Under the pieces are notes generated by a model. That model did not search any database, was not told the DNA's origin, and saw only the letters and a list, made by a program, of their open reading frames with translations. From positions 96,001 to 160,000 of IMG/VR virus record IMGVR_UViG_3300032281_000616: a DNA stretch of 64,000 nt. One strand, 5' to 3'. The translations under genes were made by a program, and so were the position numbers. Below, piece by piece: positions 27,845-37,214 of this stretch (within the stretch, counting starts at the first letter, position 1; each line of letters begins with the position of its first letter). Origin of the DNA: a virus (lineage: Duplodnaviria > Caudoviricetes).

Positions 27845-28263
27845 AAGTGAAAATTAAACTATTAAATGAATATGCGCAAGTTCCAAAGAGAGCTTTGGAG
27901 AATGACGCTTGTTATGATGTAGTCGCAACATCTAAGAAAGATCTAGGAGATGGACGTATTCAATACGGTCTAGGATTTGCTCTGGAGATTCCAGAGAATA
28001 CACAAGCCGACTTCAGACCCAGAAGTTCAATACATAAGACTGGATTGATTCTATCCAACTCAATCGGAACTATTGATGAAGGTTATCGTGGAGAAATCGG
28101 TGCTGTTTTTTATCATGTAATTCCTTCATTACCACCTTACGAAGTCGGTGATAGAATTTTACAAATGCAAATTCGCTCCAGAGAAGATGTGGATTTTGAA
28201 GTTGTAGACAATTTATCAGATTCGGTTAGAGGAACTGGTGGATACGGTAGCACTGGGAAGTAA
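27838..28263 (+). CDS. dut: Trimeric dUTPase
   Basis: ACYDV, RPRSS, GTIDEGYRGEI, RGTGGYGSTG motifs. Confidence 0.93.
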   Translation: MLKVKIKLLNEYAQVPKRALENDACYDVVATSKKDLGDGRIQYGLGFALEIPENTQADFRPRSSIHKTGLILSNSIGTIDEGYRGEIGAVFYHVIPSLPPYEVGDRILQMQIRSREDVDFEVVDNLSDSVRGTGGYGSTGK

Positions 28264-28401
28264 CTAAAGATCCCAACTCAAAGCTACATCAGTTCCTTGA
28301 TATTGTCCATCTTCTCCGGTTTTAAATTCTGTAGATACTCTCTGGGGAAGGGGAGCACAAGATAATATCAAGAGAGATGAAATGATCGATAAAATCTTCA
28401 T
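28264..28401 (-). CDS. Small lipoprotein (45 aa), o-spanin-like candidate
   Basis: Hand translation MKILSIISSLLILS|CAPLPQRVSTEFKTGEDGQYQGTDVALSWDL; lipobox; directly downstream of the endolysin. Confidence 0.6.
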   Translation of the reverse strand: MKILSIISSLLILSCAPLPQRVSTEFKTGEDGQYQGTDVALSWDL

Positions 28402-28414
28402 AAGTGATTGATTA

Positions 28415-30352
28415 TTAAAGGTTAGCGGCTTGAAAATGCATAAAGTCTATATTCCTAGCTTTACCTAAGCTAGTCCAACCCTCTGCTTCGACAATCTTCC
28501 AAAATGGTTCGTATTCAGGTCTAGCTAAAAATGCTTTATCTTTACCCCATTTCAATTGATTTCTATCTGGATCAATATCCACAGCAGCACCCCAGGAGTT
28601 TGATACAACCATACCATCCACAATAAAATTATGGGTATCTTCGACTTCGATATCAAAAACGTCCACAAGTCCTTTTTCGAGATATTTCACATCTTTGACA
28701 CTTTTGTAGATAAAATCTGGAAATAATTCCTCATATCCCATACAGTGAGATGTTCCCTTATTATGTTTAGAATCTTTCACCCTATCGAAATACATTATGT
28801 CCTCAACACATGTAAATATATTATTAGTATCGACCGAAGTAAACATCCACCCGTCTCGCCTATTACACTTAACTCCACATATTTCAGTCTCCCCACCGTT
28901 CCTCTTATCCAATTTCGAATTTCTGAATCCATGGAGAGATAGCAAAAGTCGAAGATTTAGCATTAAATTATACGAGGCACATTTGAAAGAATGTTTAACC
29001 GCCCTACTCGATTTTATTATACACCCATCCGTGTATAAATAACCTCTAATAAATGATCGTTGCTGATCGATAGTTGATGACCAAACTTCGGTGGGAATAT
29101 CTTTATCGAAAGATTTTTTATTATATGGTAAAAACCTTTCCCATATATCTCTTTTGTTTATAATGAACTGTTTTTCATTCTTTTTAATGTTCTCAGAACC
29201 AAAATAATTATCAAATAATTTTTCCGCGTGTTTTCTGATTCTATCACTTTTTGGAATCTGTATAGACATGTATGATGGCGATCCTTTTCGATGATGAATA
29301 CACCCATCACCTATAAACATGCCTAGAATTTCATACCAAGAATCCCAGTTAATATCTCCATCAACTATTGATTTTTTAAGGAAAACTATTTTATCCCCCT
29401 TAATTATATCTTTAGCTTCCACCATCTCTGTCCAATATTTGGCTCTTATTTGACCGTTTTTGTTTTTGTGTTGTATATATTCTGTCGGTTCTAATGTCTT
29501 CTTTTTCAAAACTAAAATTTTATGTTCCGGCGAACAGTCAATATCTCCACCACAAACCACGACTTTTACTAGCGGTTTTTTCCCATTCTCGAAGAAATTT
29601 TTAACCTTTTTTGTGACCAAATTTCCAGATTCGAATGAATAAACATAATCACCGATGGATATATTTTCGATAGGAACAATACCTTTTGGTGTCCACACCG
29701 GAGAACCTTTCGGTAAACAATGCTTACTCCATGAAGATCCACCGCGCATTTTTCTCACATTCAACACACCACCGAATCGATTAAGTCTTAGTTCTTTTAT
29801 TGCATCAATACCATAGTGATCTAAAGTATTTTTGAATATTCTTTGTAGAGAATCATGAACCTTTTCATGACAAGTGATTTTAGAAACCTTAGAATCTAAA
29901 TCCCAAGCTAAAAGCATTTCATATGGTAATTGTAAAGTTGTTTGGTTTGTCCCGACAGCACCATAAAACTTCACCATACTATTATAATCTTGCTTAGGCC
30001 AATCATTATAATGTTTTTTTACATCTACAGATTGAGATACATCAGGTTTCTTAACATGTAGGCTATCTTTTTTAAGCAATTGTTCATAAGCTGATTGAGT
30101 CATGTTACCCCAAAGACCATCAATATTTCCAATGTTTATATTAGATCTCACAGCAGCTACTTGAATTACACCAGTAACTAATTTTTCACCATTCCAAGTA
30201 GTTGGAAAATTGTAATATTTGAAAGCAGCTTCTTTACTTTTTTTACCAAAATCACCATCAATAGTTTCGGTGTAGAAACCAGAGTCTTTTAATATCTTTT
30301 GTGCTAATTTTTCTTTCATCTGAATTCTGGTTGTTCTGTTTTCTCTACCCAA
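28415..30352 (-). CDS. Endolysin (peptidoglycan-binding-like N-terminus plus M15-family Zn peptidase) containing an intein
   Basis: IDGDFG/IDGLWG..T PG-binding-like repeats; R.MRGGSSWSKH|SWGAAVDID (H-x6-D after splicing); FW...EAEGW.SLG...DFMHFQ. Confidence 0.88.
   Translation of the reverse strand: MGRENRTTRIQMKEKLAQKILKDSGFYTETIDGDFGKKSKEAAFKYYNFPTTWNGEKLVTGVIQVAAVRSNINIGNIDGLWGNMTQSAYEQLLKKDSLHVKKPDVSQSVDVKKHYNDWPKQDYNSMVKFYGAVGTNQTTLQLPYEMLLAWDLDSKVSKITCHEKVHDSLQRIFKNTLDHYGIDAIKELRLNRFGGVLNVRKMRGGSSWSKHCLPKGSPVWTPKGIVPIENISIGDYVYSFESGNLVTKKVKNFFENGKKPLVKVVVCGGDIDCSPEHKILVLKKKTLEPTEYIQHKNKNGQIRAKYWTEMVEAKDIIKGDKIVFLKKSIVDGDINWDSWYEILGMFIGDGCIHHRKGSPSYMSIQIPKSDRIRKHAEKLFDNYFGSENIKKNEKQFIINKRDIWERFLPYNKKSFDKDIPTEVWSSTIDQQRSFIRGYLYTDGCIIKSSRAVKHSFKCASYNLMLNLRLLLSLHGFRNSKLDKRNGGETEICGVKCNRRDGWMFTSVDTNNIFTCVEDIMYFDRVKDSKHNKGTSHCMGYEELFPDFIYKSVKDVKYLEKGLVDVFDIEVEDTHNFIVDGMVVSNSWGAAVDIDPDRNQLKWGKDKAFLARPEYEPFWKIVEAEGWTSLGKARNIDFMHFQAANL
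28598..29719 (-). mobile_element. LAGLIDADG intein (374 aa)
   Basis: Starts CLPKGSPVWTPKG, ends VFDIEVEDTHNFIVDGMVVSN, +1 Ser; LAGLIDADG helices LGMFIGDG and FIRGYLYTDG. Confidence 0.92.
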
Positions 30353-30708
30353 GATAAAGGAGCATAACTTGGATCATTTGAATATTTATTTACATACTCC
30401 AATACGATATCTTTATTTACTATTGTTTCGTCTATTGTAACTGATGTGAGTCTTTTAGTCTCTTCTTGAACTTCTGTTTCTCTAATAGATTTCACACTAT
30501 AAGCCTTAACCCAAGAATCACCAGATGCTCCTAGAATAAAGAGTGATCCAATTGCTAAGAAAAACTGCATATACGGAGTTGGGTCGAATTGAGCACCCAT
30601 GTATAAGTTTACAAATAATACAGTAAATGCGCAACCAATAAAGATGGCACTCCATATTTGACGAACTGACTTCATAAATTCTGTTTTATCTAGGGGATCT
30701 CTTTTCAT
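30316..30708 (-). CDS. Two-TM membrane protein, holin candidate
   Basis: Two hydrophobic segments plus a charged C-terminal tail; directly upstream of the endolysin. Confidence 0.55.
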   Translation of the reverse strand: MKRDPLDKTEFMKSVRQIWSAIFIGCAFTVLFVNLYMGAQFDPTPYMQFFLAIGSLFILGASGDSWVKAYSVKSIRETEVQEETKRLTSVTIDETIVNKDIVLEYVNKYSNDPSYAPLSWVEKTEQPEFR

Positions 30709-31394
30709 ATTCTAAATTTGGTTAAGGGAAAATAAATCATTAAAATGTTTTTGATCACCAACCAAGCAATAAATGCGGATACTAGACCTATGACCCAATT
30801 TTTGTAAACTTTAGCTGATGCACTAACTTCTTTTTCTTTCGTTAATTGTTTTTTTAGAGACTCTGACTCTTGACTTTTATCTGTTAAATTTTTTGATAGA
30901 TATACATTTTGTTCCCTTAAAGTATAAGCTTCCTCCTCTTTATTATAAGCTAATTTCTCTGTTTTATCTAAAGTATCCTTGATTATCTTTAGAATTTTTT
31001 CTTGATCCTTGGATAGTTTAGATAATTCATCGTTTTGTTTTTCTAAAAACATATTCCTAGCTTCGACTTTTTTCAATTCAGAAATAAGATTCAAAACCTC
31101 TAATTCAGAAATTGCAACCTTGGCTAAAGCCTTTTCTTTCATTTTCTCAGCTTGGGTCAATGCTTCAATTATAGATAATTTCTGATCTGATACCGTTTGT
31201 TTATTTTCCCCTAATTTATCACCTATCTTAACATTATTAATAATAGTTTCATCAACATCAACCTTAGCTTGCTTAACTGTAGGAATTACACTCTCTGTTT
31301 GTTTAGGAGGTGGGGGTATAATAGGATTAGGTAATTCTTTGGGATTACATCCAATGACCACTAATGCTGATAATAATATTAGAATTTTTTTCAT
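30705..31394 (-). CDS. Lipoprotein with coiled coil and C-terminal TM, unimolecular spanin candidate
   Basis: MKKILILLSALVVIG|CN lipobox; long heptad region; C-terminal WVIGLVSAFIAWLVIKNILMIYF. Confidence 0.65.
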   Translation of the reverse strand: MKKILILLSALVVIGCNPKELPNPIIPPPPKQTESVIPTVKQAKVDVDETIINNVKIGDKLGENKQTVSDQKLSIIEALTQAEKMKEKALAKVAISELEVLNLISELKKVEARNMFLEKQNDELSKLSKDQEKILKIIKDTLDKTEKLAYNKEEEAYTLREQNVYLSKNLTDKSQESESLKKQLTKEKEVSASAKVYKNWVIGLVSAFIAWLVIKNILMIYFPLTKFRI

Positions 31395-31723
31395 CTTGTT
31401 TCTTTAAGTATTTGTTTGATCTCAGCTAAAGAATCTTTAATAACTACAGAATTTTCTTCTAAGCGAACAATACGCCTATCTATAGCATTTCTGTCAGCAT
31501 CTAGAACGGTTTTGGCTGTTGACCAATCGGAGGCAGTGAATTTACTACCAGATACGATAGCAGCAGATAATTCCAATTCCTTTATAGATTTTTCTATATT
31601 AGTTATTCGCTCCATTGCTTGGTTTAAGAACCAAGATGAAACCATAATCGCTATAGACATAATAAATCCCCCTATTTTAAGGACCCAGTTGACAGTTGTA
31701 TCGTGTTTACTTTGTGGAGGCAT
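31391..31723 (-). CDS. Single-TM coiled-coil protein in the lysis cassette (holin/antiholin-like)
   Basis: N-terminal TM; IDRRIVRLEE coiled coil; first gene of the coupled cassette. Confidence 0.55.
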   Translation of the reverse strand: MPPQSKHDTTVNWVLKIGGFIMSIAIMVSSWFLNQAMERITNIEKSIKELELSAAIVSGSKFTASDWSTAKTVLDADRNAIDRRIVRLEENSVVIKDSLAEIKQILKETR

Positions 31724-31793
31724 GACTGTATATGATTATTTATTCAAAATGACTTGATTAAACACTAAACCATGCTTAAATAGTAATCGACTT

Positions 31794-32156
31794 ATGAAAA
31801 AGACAATACTCACACTGATTTTGATGTGCTCCACCTTAATTGGGGCTCAGGTTGAGCAGGGGAAGGCATCATTCTACTCTGTCAAGTGCAACGGTGGAAC
31901 GCATACAGCGAGTGGTGTTCGATTGGTGGATAGCTCTATGACAGCAGCGCACAGAACTTTACCGTTCGGAACTTTAGTGAAGGTAACGAATACTAGAAAT
32001 AATAAAAGCGAAATTGTTAAAATCACCAATAGAGGACCATTTATCCGTGGTCGTATTATCGATGTAACGATTGGAGTGGCTAAAAAATTAGACTTTATTA
32101 AATCTGGTATTACATCAGTTAAAATCGAGGTAGTTGGTAAAACAAAGATTAAATAA
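31794..32156 (+). CDS. rlpA: RlpA-family lytic transglycosylase (double-psi beta-barrel) with signal peptide
   Basis: GKASFY, TASG, TAAHRTLPFGTLVKVTN, NRGPF..GRIIDV. Confidence 0.9.
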   Translation: MKKTILTLILMCSTLIGAQVEQGKASFYSVKCNGGTHTASGVRLVDSSMTAAHRTLPFGTLVKVTNTRNNKSEIVKITNRGPFIRGRIIDVTIGVAKKLDFIKSGITSVKIEVVGKTKIK

Positions 32157-32207
32157 TGTCCGATAGATCAAGTTTTATTTGATCTATTGACCGATATATA
32201 AACAATT

Positions 32208-32408
32208 ATGAAAACATTTGAAAAATTTTTTAAAGGAGTTAATTCTGATATCGAGTATAATCCACAGCAATTAAAGATGGGTGTGGACGTTGAGATGGAG
32301 CATACGGATAATAAAGAAGTAGCGGAAACGATTGCTAAACAGCATCTAGAGGAAGATCCAGAGTATTACACCAAACTTAAAAAAATGGAGAAAGGATTTG
32401 ATAAATGA
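32208..32408 (+). CDS. Small hypothetical protein (G..VEMEH...A..HL.E.PEYY family)
   Basis: Recognisable phage motif QLKMGVDVEMEHT...HLEEDPEYYTKL. Confidence 0.7.
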   Translation: MKTFEKFFKGVNSDIEYNPQQLKMGVDVEMEHTDNKEVAETIAKQHLEEDPEYYTKLKKMEKGFDK

Positions 32409-32818
32409 AATTTAAAATATGGTTAAATACCCTTGATAGATTCCTAGATGGGTGTGAATGGTATATAAACCCAAGTGGTGAACTCTTCTTTGAGGATTTT
32501 ATGAATGGGGAATTGGTAAAGGCAGCGGAGGATTCTTATAAAATATTAAGATATACTGGCTTACATGACCTAAATGGGGAAGAGATTTATGAAGGTGATA
32601 TAGTAAAATTATATTATCATCATGAAAGTATTGTAACTAATCAATACGAAATAAAATATGGATGTGGCCGATGGTTACTTGATGATTGGGATTGTTTATC
32701 TGATCTATACCTAGATAATACCAAAAAATACGGTGATGTATGTAAAGTTATTAAAGTAGGATCTGTATATAATAAAAATGCGGATCTATTGAATAAATTA
32801 ATCCAAACGATTAAATAG
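32405..32818 (+). CDS. YopX-family protein
   Basis: MKFKIW...RYTGLHDLNGEEIYEGDIV...VGSVY. Confidence 0.85.
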   Translation: MKFKIWLNTLDRFLDGCEWYINPSGELFFEDFMNGELVKAAEDSYKILRYTGLHDLNGEEIYEGDIVKLYYHHESIVTNQYEIKYGCGRWLLDDWDCLSDLYLDNTKKYGDVCKVIKVGSVYNKNADLLNKLIQTIK

Positions 32819-32826
32819 TAATACTT

Positions 32827-33393
32827 ATGAGTAATGAAATTATCCGAGTCTCAGATCAAGATTTTTCCATAGAGGAATGCTGGATTGATGTCTCTGGATA
32901 TGAGGGTCTTTATATGGTTTCTAATCTCGGAAGAATAAAATCCCTCAATTATAAAAAGGGTGGATATTCTAATATCATGTCATCTTCCCCCACTTTAAAA
33001 AAATATCATCGAATTAAACTATCTAAAAATAATACATCATGCACCAAAAGTGTTCATAGAATAGTGTTGGAAAGTTTCGAACCAACCAACGATAATTCTC
33101 TTATAATCAATCACAAAAACGGAATTAAAGACGATAATAGATTATCTAATTTAGAGTGGGTGACATATAAACAAAACATTAGACACGCTGTTGATGTATT
33201 GGGGAGAAGAATTGGTCCTATAAAAGGTGTTCAACAATTGTCAACGAATGGAGAAATTTTGAAAGAATGGGATTCTATAACAGACGCCAGTAAGTCGTTG
33301 GGGATATATCATTCGAGTATTTCGCAATGTTGTAATGGGAGCGTTATTAGAAAAACGTGTGGTGGATTTAAATGGAAATTTTTAAATAATTAA
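32827..33393 (+). mobile_element. NUMOD4-HNH homing endonuclease
   Basis: WIDVSGYEGLYMVSNLGRIKS, VHRIV, INHKNGIKDDNRLSNLEWVT, C-terminal NUMOD1-like HTH. Confidence 0.9.
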
Positions 33394-33396
33394 AAT

Positions 33397-33597
33397 ATGA
33401 ATATAATTAGATTAAGTGAAAAAAGTGTTAAATTGTGTTGTAATAAACGAAACTGCCCAATTGTGACTGATATTGGTGATGGTAAGGTAGAAATTACAGA
33501 CGATTATGGTAATAAAATAATTGTCAAAAAAGAGGAAGCTCTACTCTTATCAGATGGTGTTAAAACATTAAACGGAGAAAAACTTTTGCTTGGCTGA
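33397..33597 (+). CDS. Hypothetical protein
   Basis: 66 aa; CCNKRNCP motif. Confidence 0.65.
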   Translation: MNIIRLSEKSVKLCCNKRNCPIVTDIGDGKVEITDDYGNKIIVKKEEALLLSDGVKTLNGEKLLLG

Positions 33598-33880
33598 TTT
33601 AATTTTAATTAGTGGGTCCATGATTGGACTGTGTTTGATAATCAAATATAGCACAATCCTAAATTATCCACGCAACATTATAAAGAAAAACAATTTTTTT
33701 AAAGAATTAATCGAATGCGCACAATGTTTAGGATTTTGGATAGGACTCTTTTATGGGCTATTGTTGACAGGTTCAGTTTTATGTTCCTTGGTATTAGCCT
33801 TCTACTCCTCCTGCATATGCTGGTTCGGTGATCATATAATGATGGTAATTTGGAAATATCTATACCCAGATGAAGACTGA
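33590..33880 (+). CDS. Small membrane protein with CxxC
   Basis: Hydrophobic helices; LIECAQCLGFWIG. Confidence 0.65.
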   Translation: MADLILISGSMIGLCLIIKYSTILNYPRNIIKKNNFFKELIECAQCLGFWIGLFYGLLLTGSVLCSLVLAFYSSCICWFGDHIMMVIWKYLYPDED

Positions 33881-34088
33881 ATGTAGATGTGACACCCCTA
33901 AAAATCATATAATATATATCTCCGAATATGGGGAGAATAATATGTTAGAATTGCAACAGATCGAGGTCTGTGATTCTTGTAAGGAGATGTATGATAGTCT
34001 GGGTCTATCACTTACAGATTTTGAGATTAAGAAGTATTTTGGTTGATTGACTTTATAAAAAACTAGGATATATTGTAGTTAAGTCTTT

Positions 34089-34883
34089 TTGACACATCTC
34101 AAAAATATAAATAACTATATGACAAAATTTCAAGAATTTTATGAAAAGTTTTCTAGGGGAGAATTATCACCAATAAATAAAAGAAGAAAATTATTAATCG
34201 AATCTCAGTATGTATATCCATCATCTGGAGATAAAGCCATTATGGATCTATACGCTTTATATGCTTTGTGGTGGGAACTTGGGGGTGGTAAAACAGCATA
34301 CGATCAAGCCGAAACTAATATAAGACCACATAAAGTTCGGGAGAGAATCAATAGATATTTTGAGGAAGCTCTGGCAGTAATTTCTAATGTTCTTCTGGAC
34401 GAAACCAAAGACGCAATTGCAGATGAAGCAGAAAACATATTCGATGAATATTTGATACCATCTACTGAAGTTGTTAAATGGTTCAAGAGTAATGCACTTC
34501 TTCCGAAATTAGCTAAAGCTTATAATGATGGATCTGGAGATGTATGGTTTAATGTATTTGATTATGGAGAAACCATACATATTTTATCTGCACCATTTTG
34601 GGAAGAATATGCTGATTTGTATGGGGGTAAGAAATGGAGTGTTATAACCCAAGTCACCAAGGAGTTAGATAATGCGATTAGAAGGGATAATACCCTAGCG
34701 TTAATGCATACCTTCGACAAATTCATGGATCTCGAACACAATACAGGTTCTCTTTATTCTAAATTGAAAAGAATGAAAGTGTCTAAGGAAACTCTGGATT
34801 TAAGAGCGGGATTCAGATCTCCTAAAGATTTCACACCTTATGTTAGTGATCGAGTAAAAAAACTAATAGGGTTAATGAGATGA
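34089..34883 (+). CDS. Hypothetical protein
   Basis: Long ORF downstream of a TTGACT...AAAAACTA-GGA-TATATT promoter-like site; start uncertain. Confidence 0.7.
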   Translation: MTHLKNINNYMTKFQEFYEKFSRGELSPINKRRKLLIESQYVYPSSGDKAIMDLYALYALWWELGGGKTAYDQAETNIRPHKVRERINRYFEEALAVISNVLLDETKDAIADEAENIFDEYLIPSTEVVKWFKSNALLPKLAKAYNDGSGDVWFNVFDYGETIHILSAPFWEEYADLYGGKKWSVITQVTKELDNAIRRDNTLALMHTFDKFMDLEHNTGSLYSKLKRMKVSKETLDLRAGFRSPKDFTPYVSDRVKKLIGLMR

Positions 34884-36367
34884 TTGGAAGGAATCATTTG
34901 TTTAGCCTTCTTGAGAACATCCTGCTCTGAGATTTCTCTACCACTTAATAACATCTCAGCCACCCAATCTTGTAATTTGGGTAAATACATACCGATCTGT
35001 TTGGGGTTTGTTTTGAATTGTGGAAACCATTGCATCATTTTATTACCATTAGCATACTGAGCTATTTGTTTTTTCAGAGCATCAGCACCTCCCGGAACTG
35101 TGTTTAGTTTAGCTTCTGCTCTCTCAATCTTATCCATAAACTCTTGTTTATCAAATAGACCGGGACCACGAGAAGCTTCATCACAATATGCCACAGCCTT
35201 AACAGTCTCCCATGAAGGATCATGAATCAATTTTCTGAGAGTCTTTATATTGAGTGTATCTAGATTATGAACCATCATATGTTTAGCTACAGCATCAAGA
35301 ATGTTCTTTTTATCATTCGGTCCTAGTTTAGCGAATCTCATTCTTTTGAAGATTCCCTCAACAATAGGAACACCAGCAGCTTCATGACCATAATATGTAG
35401 AATGTCCATTCTTTTCACCTCTAGTTGTAGCTTTTCCAAAGTCGTGGAAAAGAACAGCTAAGTTAATCACAGGATCACTATAAGGTGAAACTTTTAAGCA
35501 TTCGTGAATGTGACCAAGAACTTTACTCTCCCCTTCTGGATGATATTTCGGATTATGCATCATTCCATCCATCGCATGAAACTCTGGAAGAATATCTTGT
35601 AATATTCCAGCTTCAGTAAGCTTACTTAAAAAGTTTGATAGAGTTCTTCCTGATTTGGCTGCTTTAAACATTTCTTGAGAAATACTCTCCATAGAAATCA
35701 GAGAAGAATCTTGTAACAAGTGCTTCAATTCTTTAGCAGCTTGTAGAGTCTCTGGCTCAATATCAAAGTCCATCTTAGCTGCGAATCTGAAGACACGAAG
35801 CAAACGGGTAGCATCCTCCTTAAACCTCTCTCTAGGATTACCAACTGCACGAATTAATTTATTCTGAAGATCCTGTAAACCACCCTGATAATCTACAATC
35901 CTACCACGATGATCAAGACCAAAACTATTGATAGTAATATCCCTACGTTTGGTATCCGTTTCAAAACTATCAACCTCTACAGAAACATTACTCTGTCTTC
36001 CCATTTCAGTTTGAGAATCTTCCCTAAATTTAGCTAAGTCATAAGCATAGTTGTTATATAGGATAGTATAAACTGGTTGAGAATCATTCTTTGATATATT
36101 ACGCAACTCAAAATGTTGAGACAAATCCTCGAAGGGGATATTAGTTGCCATATCAACATCATCGATCTCGTTACCCATAATAAGGTCACGAGGAACACCA
36201 CCAACAATATAAATCTCTCCAGAAGGAAACAGATCAACAATCTTGTTCATCAGATTCAAGGCTACTCGGAGTTCTTCAGAAGATGAGATAGCCTTATTCC
36301 ATTTCTCTGAAAAGTCATCTAGATTATTATTGACTGATTCGAAGAAGAATTTTTTGAATGGGATCAT
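34838..36367 (-). CDS. cca: tRNA nucleotidyltransferase (class II CCA-adding/poly(A)-type) with HD domain
   Basis: YIVGGVPRDLIMG...DDVDMAT, DTKRRDITIN, RFKEDATRLLRVFRFA, LFHDFGK. Confidence 0.88.
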   Translation of the reverse strand: MIPFKKFFFESVNNNLDDFSEKWNKAISSSEELRVALNLMNKIVDLFPSGEIYIVGGVPRDLIMGNEIDDVDMATNIPFEDLSQHFELRNISKNDSQPVYTILYNNYAYDLAKFREDSQTEMGRQSNVSVEVDSFETDTKRRDITINSFGLDHRGRIVDYQGGLQDLQNKLIRAVGNPRERFKEDATRLLRVFRFAAKMDFDIEPETLQAAKELKHLLQDSSLISMESISQEMFKAAKSGRTLSNFLSKLTEAGILQDILPEFHAMDGMMHNPKYHPEGESKVLGHIHECLKVSPYSDPVINLAVLFHDFGKATTRGEKNGHSTYYGHEAAGVPIVEGIFKRMRFAKLGPNDKKNILDAVAKHMMVHNLDTLNIKTLRKLIHDPSWETVKAVAYCDEASRGPGLFDKQEFMDKIERAEAKLNTVPGGADALKKQIAQYANGNKMMQWFPQFKTNPKQIGMYLPKLQDWVAEMLLSGREISEQDVLKKAKQMIPSNHLINPISFFTRSLT

Positions 36368-36372
36368 ATCGG

Positions 36373-37209
36373 TTATTTAATAGATTTTGGAATAGCAATA
36401 TCATTACCAAATCCTTGTAATTTATTCATATCTACTTTACATGGAATAATACCTCTATATTTTTCCTTATATTCCTTAAGAGGTTTTGCGTAATTTGCTT
36501 TATACCACCATACTAATTTTCCTTGAACTATATCAGAATGTTTTAGTTCTAAATTTTCTACGATCCAGCCTTCTTCCATAGATTCTCTAATAGCAGCTTC
36601 CATAGGATCTTCACCCGGATCAACCTTACCTCCCGGTAAACCATATTTTCCGTTACCATCATCATCAGATTTTCTATCCGATGGTCTGGTAGTCGCGGCT
36701 ATCTTCCCATCGGGAAACTGATAAACCACGAATACAGCAAATGGTGATTTAGTGAATTCTTCGTCCTCGTCATCCGAACTATACATATATGGATTTTCAT
36801 CCTCGTCCATCATCCAATTTCGGGAAGTATACATACTAGGCAATTCAGGATACAATTCCTTCAAATACTTTAACGTTTTTCTTTGCCCAGTTGACATATC
36901 ATTATTAATCGTTTCACAATGTATTTGATTTGTAGGTTCTACAACAATCCTAGCCCAACCTTTTTGTAGTAGAATTTTACTCATATTATCTTCATCATAC
37001 TCAGATAATATTTTACCATGCCTAACTAATCGCCTAGCTGCATTCTCATGTTCTGCCCATTTCCATACAGTTTCAAGATTTCCATGCCTATCCATCCAAA
37101 AACCATACGGTGGAGATTTTGGGATTTTTGATAAAGATTTTATACTTGGTGTATTAACTTCATAATTTTGTTCTTGTAAGAGTGTAAAATATTTTTTGAA
37201 GGTGATCAT
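36373..37209 (-). CDS. Protein with a C-terminal Nudix hydrolase domain
   Basis: Nudix box GLPGGKVDPGEDPMEAAIRESMEEG. Confidence 0.85.
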   Translation of the reverse strand: MITFKKYFTLLQEQNYEVNTPSIKSLSKIPKSPPYGFWMDRHGNLETVWKWAEHENAARRLVRHGKILSEYDEDNMSKILLQKGWARIVVEPTNQIHCETINNDMSTGQRKTLKYLKELYPELPSMYTSRNWMMDEDENPYMYSSDDEDEEFTKSPFAVFVVYQFPDGKIAATTRPSDRKSDDDGNGKYGLPGGKVDPGEDPMEAAIRESMEEGWIVENLELKHSDIVQGKLVWWYKANYAKPLKEYKEKYRGIIPCKVDMNKLQGFGNDIAIPKSIK

Positions 37210-37214
37210 ATCAG

